From the NCBI GenBank assembly GCA_020137815.1, contig CM035355.1, forward strand, positions 8,122,001 through 8,186,000: 64,000 nucleotides of DNA, given 5' to 3'. Below are positions 29,831-54,200 of this stretch, one piece after another. Source of the stretch: Hormiphora californensis. Lineage: Eukaryota > Animalia > Ctenophora. Position 1 is the first letter of the stretch. Each line of letters opens with the position of its first letter. The position numbers and the translations under genes are program-made. Under the pieces are notes generated by a model. It searched no databases. It saw nothing but the letters and a program-made list of their open reading frames with translations, and was not told the DNA's origin.

Positions 29831-30417
29831 CTGGGGGAAAAGCTCTTGTCCACTAAATCGGGGTGTCCACTAAATCGGGGTCAAATAAGGTCAAATTCCT
29901 ATATCGGGGGAAAAAAAATCCTGTCCCTAAATCGGGGTGCCACTAAATCGGGGGTCCCTAAATCGGGGTCCGACTGTACTACTACTACTAAGCTGCTAAA
30001 ACTCATCAGAATTCACAACATATCTCTGTGTGAAATGAATAAGGTGAGGCCCTGACAGTATATCTCGCCATGGCGACATGGAGACATGGATCTAATGTCA
30101 GCAGTTCTGTAAAAACAATGCAGATATACACGTGGTTTCTACAGCTGTGTGTTTTAGCGCACTGATTACATAACGTGTGTGTTCGGACAGCGCAAATTAA
30201 TGTTGTTAAAGTTGGACGGTTTAAAAATTACCATTATCATTTGCTACTTAAACTATTACTAATTTAAAAGGCGAGTTTTTAGGGCATTAAGCAATTCCAA
30301 TTTTACTAGGGCGGGGGGGGGGGGGGTTACTACGAACTCGTTGTTCGATATGGTAACAGACTCTTATATTGCCATGGTAACCAAAATTCACTGCTAAGCA
30401 ATGCTAAAACGATTACT

Positions 30418-30675
30418 CCGTTGCTATAATAGTGACCCAGCACCGTTGCTATGGTGACCCAGCACCGTTGCTATGGTGACCCAGCACCGTTGCTATGGTG
30501 ACCCAGCACCGTTGCTATGGTGACCCATCACTGTTGCTATGGTGACCCAGCACCGTTACTATGGTGACCCAGCACCGTTGCTATGGTGACCCAGCACCGT
30601 TGCTATGGTGACCCAGCACTGTTGCTATGGTGACCCAGCACCGTTGCTATGGTGACCCAGCCCCGTTGCTATGGA
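30418..30675. repeat. 22-bp minisatellite
   Basis: cccagcaccgttgctatggtga x~11. Confidence 0.9.
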
Positions 30676-31399
30676 CTGTATTGAGTGGGACTCTTCCTTC
30701 AACATTGCTGAGCTATATCAATATTGAATTAGAGCACTGTGCGAATAATAGACTACATGTGTGCACTTGCTGTATTCCTAAAATACTGGCCCAGCTGTAG
30801 TAGTTGCAAGAAAGTGAAACCCCCCACCCCAACTGTAACAACTAATTTGATTTTCTTTCTTGACCATACTATTATATACTTCCCCCTTATTATATACTTC
30901 TTTCTTGACCATACTATTATATACTTCCCCCCCCCCTGGCCCTCTAAGTCTTATTGTACAACAATTTTCAAAATTATCTTTATTAAGCTTACTAAATAAG
31001 GAACTTTAAAATGAAATTTTCATTGAAAATGCAAAGCTGAGCTTATAGGCAGGACCTGTCTAGTGACGCCCTGTATGGAGGCGCCATACCCCATGCATTT
31101 GATTCTCAAACAGGGCGCTAAGATGGGGTCTGCGGCGCCAGATAGGGCAGGACGTTCTATAATACAAGTGGGGCTGTTAGGCAAGTAATGCTCTGACAGA
31201 ACAACCTTCGCCTGCATGCAGTGCCCTTGGTGACATTGACACCTATGACCTAGTGCGAGCGAGATCGAGCTGTGAAGCAGACAGGTAGCAATGGTACCAA
31301 CCAGTGCCCTTACAGCTCACAAAAGACGGCCTCTCCGAACGGGGCTGAGGGCCCGGTAGCTCCAGCAGCGTCCGTTATATGTCATAATAATGTAGCAGC

Positions 31400-31775
31400 C
31401 GGCAGTGCTAGCAGTCATGTGTGTAGTATGACAAACTACTACTAGTAGCAGTGTAGTATGACAAACTGTATGACATGTGATGGAGATGTAGTGTACTACA
31501 TAGTACACCGTGTAGTACACAGTGTGTTGTACACAGTGTACTACATAGTACACCGTGTAGTACACAGTGTAGTACACAGTGTACTACATAGTACACAGTG
31601 TGTTGTACACAGTGTAGTACATAGTACACAGTGTAGTACACAGTGTGTTGTACACAGTGTAGTACATAGTACACAGTGTAGTACACAGTGTAGTACACAG
31701 TGCAGTACACAGTACACAGTGTAGTCAGTAGTACACTACCACACTGTGTACTGTGTAGTACACTGCACTGTGTGG
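31400..31775. repeat. Low-complexity GTACACAGTGTA-type repeat
   Basis: Direct inspection. Confidence 0.8.
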
Positions 31776-31994
31776 TATAATCATGTTTAGTTAATTTTGG
31801 AAGAAGTAATAAAATATATCTTGTCAAACAAATAGTTGAGTAAATAAAATAAAACACACAAACTTGTGGTAACACAGTGCAGCAGACTCAGCAGCAAGAA
31901 GGGCAAGTTGTCATGGTAACCAGGGGTCGTTGTCATGGTAACCAGGGGTGTTGGACGTGGTTACACAGCAGCAACAGTGAAATGAAGATAGTTT

Positions 31995-44077
<12,083 letters not shown>

Positions 44078-44171
44078 TTCTGGATTTCAGCTCTGTTTGG
44101 TCCACACTAGGAGTCAGGGAGTCTAGGAATTCACAAATTACATTCTAAAGTGATAAAATTGTGGTATCAAG

Positions 44172-44758
44172 GAAAGGGTGTTACCATGGCAACAAGGGGA
44201 TTGAAAGGGTGTTACCATGGTAACAAGGGGATTGAAAGGGTGTTACCATGGTAACAAGGGGATTGAAAGGGTGTTACCATGGTAACAAGGGGATTGAAAG
44301 GGTGTTACCATGGTAACAAGGGGATTGAAAGGGTGTTACCATGGCAACAAGGGGATTGAAAGGGTGTTACCATGGTAACAAGGGGATTGAAAGGGTGTTA
44401 CCATGGTAACAAGGGGATTGAAAGGGTGTTACCATGGTAACAAGGAAGGTAACCATGGTAACAAGGGGATTGAAAGGGTGTTACCATGGTAACAAGGGGA
44501 TTGAAAGGGTGTTACCATGGCAACAAGGGGATTGAAAGGGTGTTACCATGGTAACAAGGGGATTGAAAGGGTGTTACCATGGTAACAAGGGGATTGAAAG
44601 GGTGTTACCATGGTAACAAGGGGATTGAAAGGGTGTTACCATGGTAACAAGGGGATTGAAAGGGTGTTACCATGGTAACAAGGGGATTGAAAGGGTGTTA
44701 CCATGGTAACAAGGGGATTGAAAGGGTGTTACCATGGTAACAAGGGGATTGAAAGGGG
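44172..44758. repeat. 31-bp X-box-containing minisatellite upstream of MED31
   Basis: gaaagggtgttaccatggtaacaaggggatt x~19. Confidence 0.95.
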
Positions 44759-45143
44759 TACGAATGAACACAAGCAACTTCATTGCACAAAATAACGTTT
44801 TATCAACAACATTTTCTCAAAAACACCTGCCCTTTATTGAATGGCACATGCAATACTCGACAACTCTCACAAACCCAATCCTTGATTACGAAGTCACCCC
44901 TAATTATAGCTAATTATTGCATTATATAGCTTTTGCGGAGGAGTATCTTCATTACCAACCCGGCAACCCAATTACCGACCTGCCCCAACCCAATCCCGAG
45001 CTGTCTAACAGTGAACATGACGAATTCAGCCCGTTGATAATCAAGAAGAAATTAACTAAGTGTCCCAGTTGTGCATCACCCTTGTATCATCGTCCTTTAT
45101 CTCTCTCTTTCTCTCTCTCTTTATCTCTCTTTCTCTTTCTTTC

Positions 45144-45182
<39 letters not shown>

Positions 45183-45253
45183 TTCTCTTTCTCTCTCTCT
45201 CTCCCTTTCTCTCTTTCTCTGACAATAAATTACTGATTCAGCAGCGTGTTCCT

Positions 45254-48200
45254 TCAGGTTGTTTCGGTTTGGGTAAATGCAGTCCGCATGGCGTCCGGAT
45301 CAAAATTTACCAATCGAGTACCAATCAGATACCTGAGGGAATGAGAGGGAGTGTTACTATGGTAACCACTAACTGAGGGAATGATATTTAGCCAAGGTTG
45401 TTGTATGGTTGGGATCTTACTTGTCATTTTTGATGTTGGTGTATAGTTTTCTGAATTGAGTTATCTGGAGCCTAACAAGAAGGATGGCGAGAAGGGCAGC
45501 AACCCCTCCTGGATAGATACCCCGGTGACACATGTTAGTCATTCTCTCTCCCACACCTGGAATGTAAGGTAATGAGGATGGAACTCTAAATTGTCAGGTT
45601 GCCATGGCATCCGCCAATGCTATGACACATAGTCCCCGGTTCTCACCTAGATAGGGTAGGGCTGAACAGAGGGTATAAGGTACACAAAGGAGATGAAGCT
45701 GCACAGAGATGATTGGAAACACTATCTCTCGTGTAACAAACCATAGATCCATGTTGATCAGCCCAGCTTGGAACGTCTAGGGAAGATTAGTAGTTAGATT
45801 AGATTAGTTATTAGATTAAATTAGTAGTAAAGGAGGGAGAGTCTGACTATAAGACACTCGATGGATGAACGAACAACACAGGGAGCAGTTCTTCTGATTC
45901 GAGAACAATCGCCACTTATATATATATATATATTATTATACCAAAACTAATTGAAATTAGTAGGCCGGAAAGGTTGCCCTATGATTTGAGCTACCTTTGC
46001 CACCGTAACATTCACGGGGTAAAAACAGGGTATAACAGATGCTTCGTCTATCTTCAAAAGGAAATGTACTGGTGCCAAAGGTAGCTCAAATCATAGGGCA
46101 ACCTTTCCGGCCTACTAATTTCAATTAGTTTTGGTATAATTTGCATCATTTTTGGGATTTTTTTATCCATTTAGATGTAGTAGAACAGGTAAGGAGAGGA
46201 TGGAATCGCGAATTTGCAAAATTTTCATTTTTGACGTCATTTTGACACTTTAGACGCGTCATTTTGACACTTTAGACGCGTTTTAAGACCCTTATACGTC
46301 TAGTTTTGAAAATTCGCAATATAGTTTCTGAAAGTTCAGACAATTCTCTTTCCATGATATAGTCTTCGATTTTCGATTAGAATCCGTCTTCAGGGTGTAA
46401 AATGAGCTCAAAGAATTTTAGTCAGAGTCCGAAAAATGGCGACTTTAAGACGTTCTGTAGGACGTTCCTGGCGATGAAAAGGGACCTCACATCGACTAAT
46501 GCACACACATCCAGTAGATCTACCAGCTGTGAAAACGAGAAGTTTCTATCTCTTTTCGTTTGGCGTGAATATGGTTTATAAAAAGCGTCTCTCCTATGCG
46601 CGCGCGCGCGCGCATATGTGTTACACTGAATCTAGGGCAAATGGGACCTGTCTGTAACTTCTGTTCCAGATGAGATAGAGACTTGAAATTTTAAACTTGA
46701 ATCAAAGACCCCAAGCCGGGTATACATTCCAAATTTCAAGTCAAACGGATGAATGGGAGCCATGCTATAGCCTTCTGAAATATGGGTTTTCTGTCAAAAC
46801 ACCCATAAAACGTATAACTGCGTTTCTGGCGGCGCTTTGCTGTTTGGGGGAGGGGGAATGGCAACCTTTGCGCTTGCCAGCGCAGTGATTAGTGTTTTTT
46901 TCTAAGAAAATTAAAAGTACAGTCGGACCCCGATTTAGTGGCACCCCGATTTAGGGACAGGATTTTTTCCCCCGATATACGAAAATTAGCATTATTTGAA
47001 CCCGATTTAGTGGACACCCCGATTTAGTGGACAAGAGCCTTTCCCCCGAGGGTGTCCCTAAATCGGGGTCCGACTGTAATTGTACCTGTTCTAAGAGTCG
47101 TTTAAAGTACCAGTCAGGACCAGTGAGAGTCCCAGCATAGAGGATCTTAACAAATAGAACACCCAGTCCCCAATCCTGAAAGGGAGATATATATGTTGTC
47201 CAAACTGTACTATAATTAGGGGACAGTAGTTACTACTCATTGCGTGTTATGAATAACATAACATATGTAAACCTCAGAAAAGTACACAGTTACATAACAT
47301 CTACCTGCCAAAGCAACAGTACGGGAGTGTGTTGAAGTGGGACTCGCAGGGGAAGGAGAAGAACAGCCTCGTACAGTATACCAAACAGAACAGGGATAAT
47401 ACCAAACACAGTTACAGCGACGTAGATACACTTCATCAGTATCACCATCCACTCCTTCACCTGAGGGGGGATGGGGGTTGCCATGGTAACCATGGGTGTT
47501 ACCAAATACCATGGTAACCAGGGGGTGTTGCCATGGTAACCAGGGGGTGTTGCCATGGTAACCAGGGGGTATTATTAGGAGAGAGGGGGGGGGGCATTGT
47601 TATTAGAGGGGGAGAGGGGGTTATTGTTATCATATAATGGGATGGAGTGATAGTTATTATAGCTTGAGAATTTATAATTATCCTGGGTAGGGTTCACGCC
47701 AACATACCTTGTGGAAGAACTGTGTTAGACCCTGGATCGCCCAGTTGTACAGTAGTGTTGTGACTCGTGTTATCGCCCACAGAGTGTACAACCCACAGGC
47801 GAATGTATAGAGCTCGTGAAGCTGCCCTCCAGGGATGAAAACCTGCAGAATACCTCTCCCTGGACAAAGTGAGGGTTGGAATTATAGTGCGCTAGGATCA
47901 GAGTGGGGGTTGGAATAGTGGGTGGATATACCACCTAGAAATTATAATCATTCACTAATTACCTCTAGACATGCTAACTACCTAGACACACTAATTAATT
48001 AATTACTAATTAATTACACCTGCTAATCACCTAGGCACACTGGAACTGAGAAGACGAAGACGAACAAGAGGAACATGCTGACACATGTCAGTCCGACAAG
48101 AGCCAACACCCGGGCCCTGAACTTCAGGGGTCGATAGTAGGGCTGGAATGGCACAAATAGTTCAGCATTAGGGCCTGTTTGGGCAGCACCCATTCCCAGT

Positions 48201-51200
48201 CCATCAATATTAGAGGAGTATCCTGAGCCGCCTGAAACAGGAGAGGGTAACCAACAATACTTCACCGGTATAGTTACCATGGTAACCAACAATATCTCAG
48301 CAGTAGTTACCATGGTAACCAACAATATCTCACCAGTATAGTTACCATGGTAACCAACAATATCTCACCAGTAGTTACCATGGTAACCAACAATATCTCA
48401 CTAGTAGTTACCATGGTAACCAACAATACTTCACCAGTAGTTACCATGGTAACCAACAATATCTCACCAGTAGTTACCATAGTAACCAACAATATCTCAC
48501 CAGATAGTTACCGTGGTAACCAACAATATCTCCCCAGTAGTTACCATGGTAACCAACAATATCTCCCCAGTAGTTACCATGGTAACCAACAATATCTCAC
48601 CAGATAGTTACCATGGTAACCAACAATATCTCACCAGTAGTTACCATAGTAACCAACAATATCTCCCCAGTATAGTTACCATGGTAACCAACAATATCTC
48701 ACCAGATAGTTACCATGGTAACCAACAATATCTCACCAGTAGTTACCATAGTAACCAACAATATCTCCCCAGTATAGTTACCATGGTAACCAACAATATC
48801 TCACCAGTAGTTACCATGGTAACCAAAAATATCTCACCAGTATAGTTACCATGGTAACCAACAATATCTCACCAGTAGTTACCATGGTAACCAACAATAT
48901 CTCACCAGTAGTAATAAGAACTCCGTCCGGACAGGCTGGTCCCTGGTTCTGCACGTCCCCCAAAAGATATGATCTGATACCCAATGACCGAGCAATACCC
49001 AGAGCCCACACTCGGATAGTGTTCTTAAACCATTGCCTTGTGTAACTCTGCTCCAGTAGCTGGGGTAAAATAACCTGGAAAAGAGAGAGAGAGGGAGGTA
49101 AAAAGGAGCTAAAACCAAGCAAGTACCCACACTACCACACACTACACACACTACACACACTACCACCGCCCACCATACTTCTCCTCTCAACCCCCCTGAA
49201 CCCTCTCTCTACCCCTCCTACTCCCACTTTTTTATAGTTATATGACAATAATATTATTGTTAAGTACTTTTTAATTTGAATCTTGAATCTTGAATCTACC
49301 CCATTCACCCACATCCCCCACACCACCGCCGCACCACCACCCCACCCCACCCCACCCCACCCCACCCCACCCCACCCCATACCGCCACCCCACCCACCTG
49401 TAAGGTATTCATCCCGCCCAGCACACCTCTCACCAAACCGCCCGTACCACCCCCGCCCGAACCGGCACCCCACCCCACCTAGTAAAGCACGTCCCACTGA
49501 CCTCCCCACAATGCTCCTCAGTGCCATTTCCACATGTAAGTAATCACCCCACCGCTCTCACGCCTCATCCCCCACTGAGGTCCCACCACCCCACCCCACA
49601 CACCCCACCCCCCACCCCCCCCACCGATCAGCTCCCAGACAACCTGCTCCAAGAGTATTGTTGCCAACTCCACCTAAGGATCTCCACCCATCCCCACCCC
49701 ACCCTAGCCCCACCCACCAGCCCAGACTACCAACGCCATCCTCCTCCCAAATCCCCAACTGCACCCCCACACACTGTATAACAGTTCTCCCAGACCATCC
49801 CTCCCCCAAACCTCACTGCTCACTCCCGCCTGTAAGGATACAGATCCAGACTAAATCTCCCAAGGTGGCTCTCCATGCCATGAAAGTAGAGAATCCACAC
49901 ACCACCCACCTGCAGACCACGACTTTTACCATACTGTAAAGTAGTATCCAGACTGTTCTCAAAAGCTTCATCTCATATCCGAACTTAGTATCACACATTG
50001 CGACCGGTATTCGTAGATTAATAATGAGGAATCTCATAATGACGGAATTAGATAGTCAAACCTATGTACTGATCAGAATGCGATGTTTTTACATACTGTG
50101 TAATTACATTTTTGAATTATGTATTAATTAATAACTATTGTACCTGGAATTATTAGGTAATCAACTAAATTCTCAGAGGGAACAGTCAGGATCGTAAGAC
50201 TTCGGAAAAGACAGACAAGATGGCGAATAAAGAAACAAAAGCATACCACACAAAACACCATTCAGACTGAGTAAATTTAAATTATTTAACATAATTAACG
50301 AGCCCTACTATTTAATTCACCATTAACAGCTAATTACTAGACAGCTAATTATTAATAAGCACGCACCAGCCAGTGTAGGAACATTGTAGTGCCTGGTGCA
50401 GAGTAAAGGTAACTGAGTCGATCCTTCAGAGTGCTATCGCATAACTTTAGAGAGCAGATATCGATCCACCATCCACTCAGAGTAGGGAATATAATCACCT
50501 AGAAATAATTAGAAATGCAGTCAGTTTTTTTGAAGAGCGGGGTTTGACAACTTCAATAATCAGACTTTAGATTCAGCTAAACTTAATGTTTTTTATGTTT
50601 TTTATACCTCTAAGGTGATACAGCTAAACGTTACCTCTAATGTTAGGAGAAGCCCCACTTTAACGATAATGTACCCAATACCCAGAACGTGTTCCAGTCT
50701 TGTACCCCACCTCCACCACCCCACCCCACCCACCCCACCGCCCCACCCACCCCACCCCCACCGCCCCACCACCCCAGCTAAACGTTACCTCTAATGTTAG
50801 GAGCAGCCCCACTTTAACGATAATGTACCCAATACCCAGGACGTGTTCCAGTCTTGTACCCCACCACCCCACCCCACCCCACCTCCCCCACCGCCCCACC
50901 ACCCCACCCCCACCACCCCAGCTAAACGTTACCTCTAATGTTAGGAGCAGTCCCACTTTCAATCAATCAATCAATCAAAACTGCCGCTGGCAGTGGCATG
51001 TGCCGCAATAAATTATATAATGTCAAGAAAACCAGCCACACTGGACAAAACTGGGTGGGGATACAGGGTGGTGCATCAAGGCTAATAACACGAAGACGGG
51101 TAAGGTCTTTTGTGTGCGTTTACCATGTTACCCCACCCTGGTACCCACCGTGTCCGAACAATGTTTCACACATTAACGATAATGTACCCAATACCCAGAA

Positions 51201-54200
51201 CGTGTTCCAGTCTTGTACCCCACCCCACCACCCCACAATCCACCCCACCCTCCCCACCCCCACCGCCCCACCACCCCAGCTAAACGTTACCTCTAATGTT
51301 AGTAGCAGCCCCACTTTAACGGTAATGTACCCAATACCCAGAACGTGCTCCAGCCTTGTACCCCACCACCACCCCACCGCCCCACCTCCACCCCATCCAC
51401 CCCACCCACCTCCACCCCATCCACCCCACCCCCACCGCCCCACCACCCCAGCTAAACGTTACCTCTAATGTTAGGAGCAGCCCCACTTTAACGATAATGT
51501 ACCCAATACCCAGAACGTGTTCCAGTCTTGTAAACCCGATATAACGGGCTATCACGTGACCGTAACCCAGCAGCAGGAACACCTTGATGTACCTAGGGGA
51601 GGGGGAGTTGTTGTTGTACATGGGGGAGGGCAGTTGTAGATGGGAAGGGGTAATGGTAGAGAGGGTAGTTGTTGTAAATTGGGTGAACAGAGTTTCAAAT
51701 TGTATGTCATCTGGGGGAGGGTGAAGGGAGTTTAAATCTTCATTGGTTTCTAATAACATCTTACCCGATAAGTAGAATGAGTGCCTTTCCAATGATGCCC
51801 GCCTCTAGCTCCCCATCCATTCCCAGGAGATACACCACTCCTGACCCGAACAGGTATGGAACCAGACCGAACACTAGGATGGATACTAGGTTGAGTGTTG
51901 CTACCCAGAATACGTATTCGATAAAGACTAGAGATCCATCCATCCCCAGCATCCTCTCCCATGTCAATTCCTCGGCAGCTCTGTCAATCTAGAAAATGGG
52001 GGGAGGGGGGGGGCTCATTAGAATGGAGAGGGTAGGATGGTGGGCTGTGGGAGTGGAGGCCGGAGGGTAGGAATTTGGTAACTGCAGATCGTCTCAAAAG
52101 GAGGGACACTGTTTGAACATGTTAGGACAAGGGGGATATTGTTTGAACACGTCTGATAGTTTAAGGGCCAAAGTATTATACTCACAATGTTAGGTCCATT
52201 GTCATCTTGAATCCCTCCACCCTGGCCGCCACCCTGACCACCACCCTGGACCCCACCCTGGACCCCACCCTGGACCCCAGCCCCGCCCTGGGGTCGCTGC
52301 TGTTGGGGAACTGCTAGTTGTCCACCGGCTGCCCAGCGGTTTAAATTAGCTTCTTCCTCCCCATCCTCCCAGACGTTATCTTCGATGCCGCTATCATTAG
52401 CTGCCTCATCCACCACCTGACAAATAGGGATTATAATAGGGCTAGAGGGGGTAGAGTCAATCCCGCTATCATTAGCTGCCTCATCCACCACCTGACAAAT
52501 AGGGATTATAATAGGGCTAGAGGGGGTAGAGTCAATCCCGCTATCATTAGCTGCCTCATCCACCACCTGACAAATAGGGATTATAATAGGGATGGAGGGG
52601 GTAGAGTCAATCCCGCTATCATTAGCTGCCTCATCCACCACCTGACAAATAGGGATTATAATAGGGATGGAGGGGGTAGAGTCAATCCCGCTATCATTAG
52701 CTGCCTCATCCACCACCTGACAAATAGGGATTATAATAGGGCTAGAGGGGGTAGAGTCAATCCCGCTATCATTAGCTGCCTCATCCACCACCTGACAAAT
52801 AGGGATTATAATAGGGCTAGAGGGGGTAGAGTCAATCCCGCTATCATTAGCTGCCTCATCCACCACCTGACAAATAGGGATTATAATAGGGATGGAGGGG
52901 GGGGGGGGGGGGGGTAGAGTCAATCCCGCTATCATTAGCTGCCTCATCCACCACCTGACAAATAGGGATTATAATAGGGCTGGAGGGGGTTAGAGTCAAT
53001 CCCGCTATCATTAGCTGCCTCATCCACCACCTGACAAATAGGGATTATAATAGGGCTAGAGGGGGGTTAGAGTCAATCCCGCTATCATTAGCTGCCTCAT
53101 CCACCACCTGACAAATAGGGATTATAATAGGGATGGAGGGGGTAGAGTCAATCCCGCTATCATTAGCTGCCTCATCCACCACCTGACAAATAGGGATTAT
53201 AATAGGGATGGAGGGGGGTAGAGTCAATCCCGCTATCATTCGCTGCCTCATCCACCACCTGACAAATAGGGATTATAATAGGGCTGGAGGGGGTAGAGTC
53301 AATCCCGCTATCATTAGCTGCCTCATCCACCACCTGACAAATAGGGATTATAATAGGGCTAGAGGGGGTAGAGTCAATCCCGCTATCATTCGCTGCCTCA
53401 TCCACCACCTGACAAATAGGGATTATAATAGGGCTAGAGGGGGTAGAGTCAATCCCGCTATCATTCGCTGCCTCATCCACCACCTGACAAATAGGGATTA
53501 TAATAGGGCTAGAGGGGGGTAGAGTCAATCCCGCTATCATTAGCTGCCTCATCCACCACCTGACAAATAGGGATTATAATAGGGCTGGAGGGGGTAGAGT
53601 CAATCCCGCTATCATTAGCTGCCTCATCCACCACCTGACAAATAGGGATTATAATAGGGCTGGAGGGGGTAGAGTCAATCCCGCTATCATTAGCTGCCTC
53701 ATCCACCACCTGACAAATAGGGATTATAATAGGGCTGGAGGGGGTAGAGTCAATCCCGCTATCATTCGCTGCCTCATCCACCACCTGACAAATAGGGATT
53801 ATAATAGGGCTGGAGGGGGTAGAGTCAATCCCGCTATCATTAGCTGCCTCATCCACCACCTGACAAATAGGGATTATAATAGGGCTGGAGGGGGTAGAGT
53901 CAATCCCGCTATCATTAGCTGCCTCATCCACCACCTGACAAATAGGGATTATAATAGGGCTGGAGGGGGTAGAGTCAATCCCGCTATCATTAGCTGCCTC
54001 ATCCACCACCTGACAAATAGGGATTATAATAGAGCTGGAGGGGGGTAGAGTCAATCCCGCTATCATTAGCTGCCTCATCCACCACCTGACAAATAGGGAT
54101 TATAATAGGGCTGGAGGGGGTAGAGTCAATCCCGCTATCATTAGCTGCCTCATCCACCACCTGACAAATAGGGATTATAATAGAGCTGGAGGGGGGTAGA

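Larger units (their letters stand above)
27965..29976. mobile_element. Tc1/mariner-type MITE (CAGTCGGACCCCGATTTAG TIR, TA TSD) with nested insertions
   Basis: TA-CAGTCGGACCCCG...CGGGGTCCGACTG-TA; an empty 157-bp copy lies at 46920-47076. Confidence 0.85.

Noticed and set aside
49130-50050. Pro/His-rich and Gly/Trp-rich ORFs
   Set aside because: C-rich low-complexity or noisy intronic sequence; may conceal a garbled MARCH6 exon
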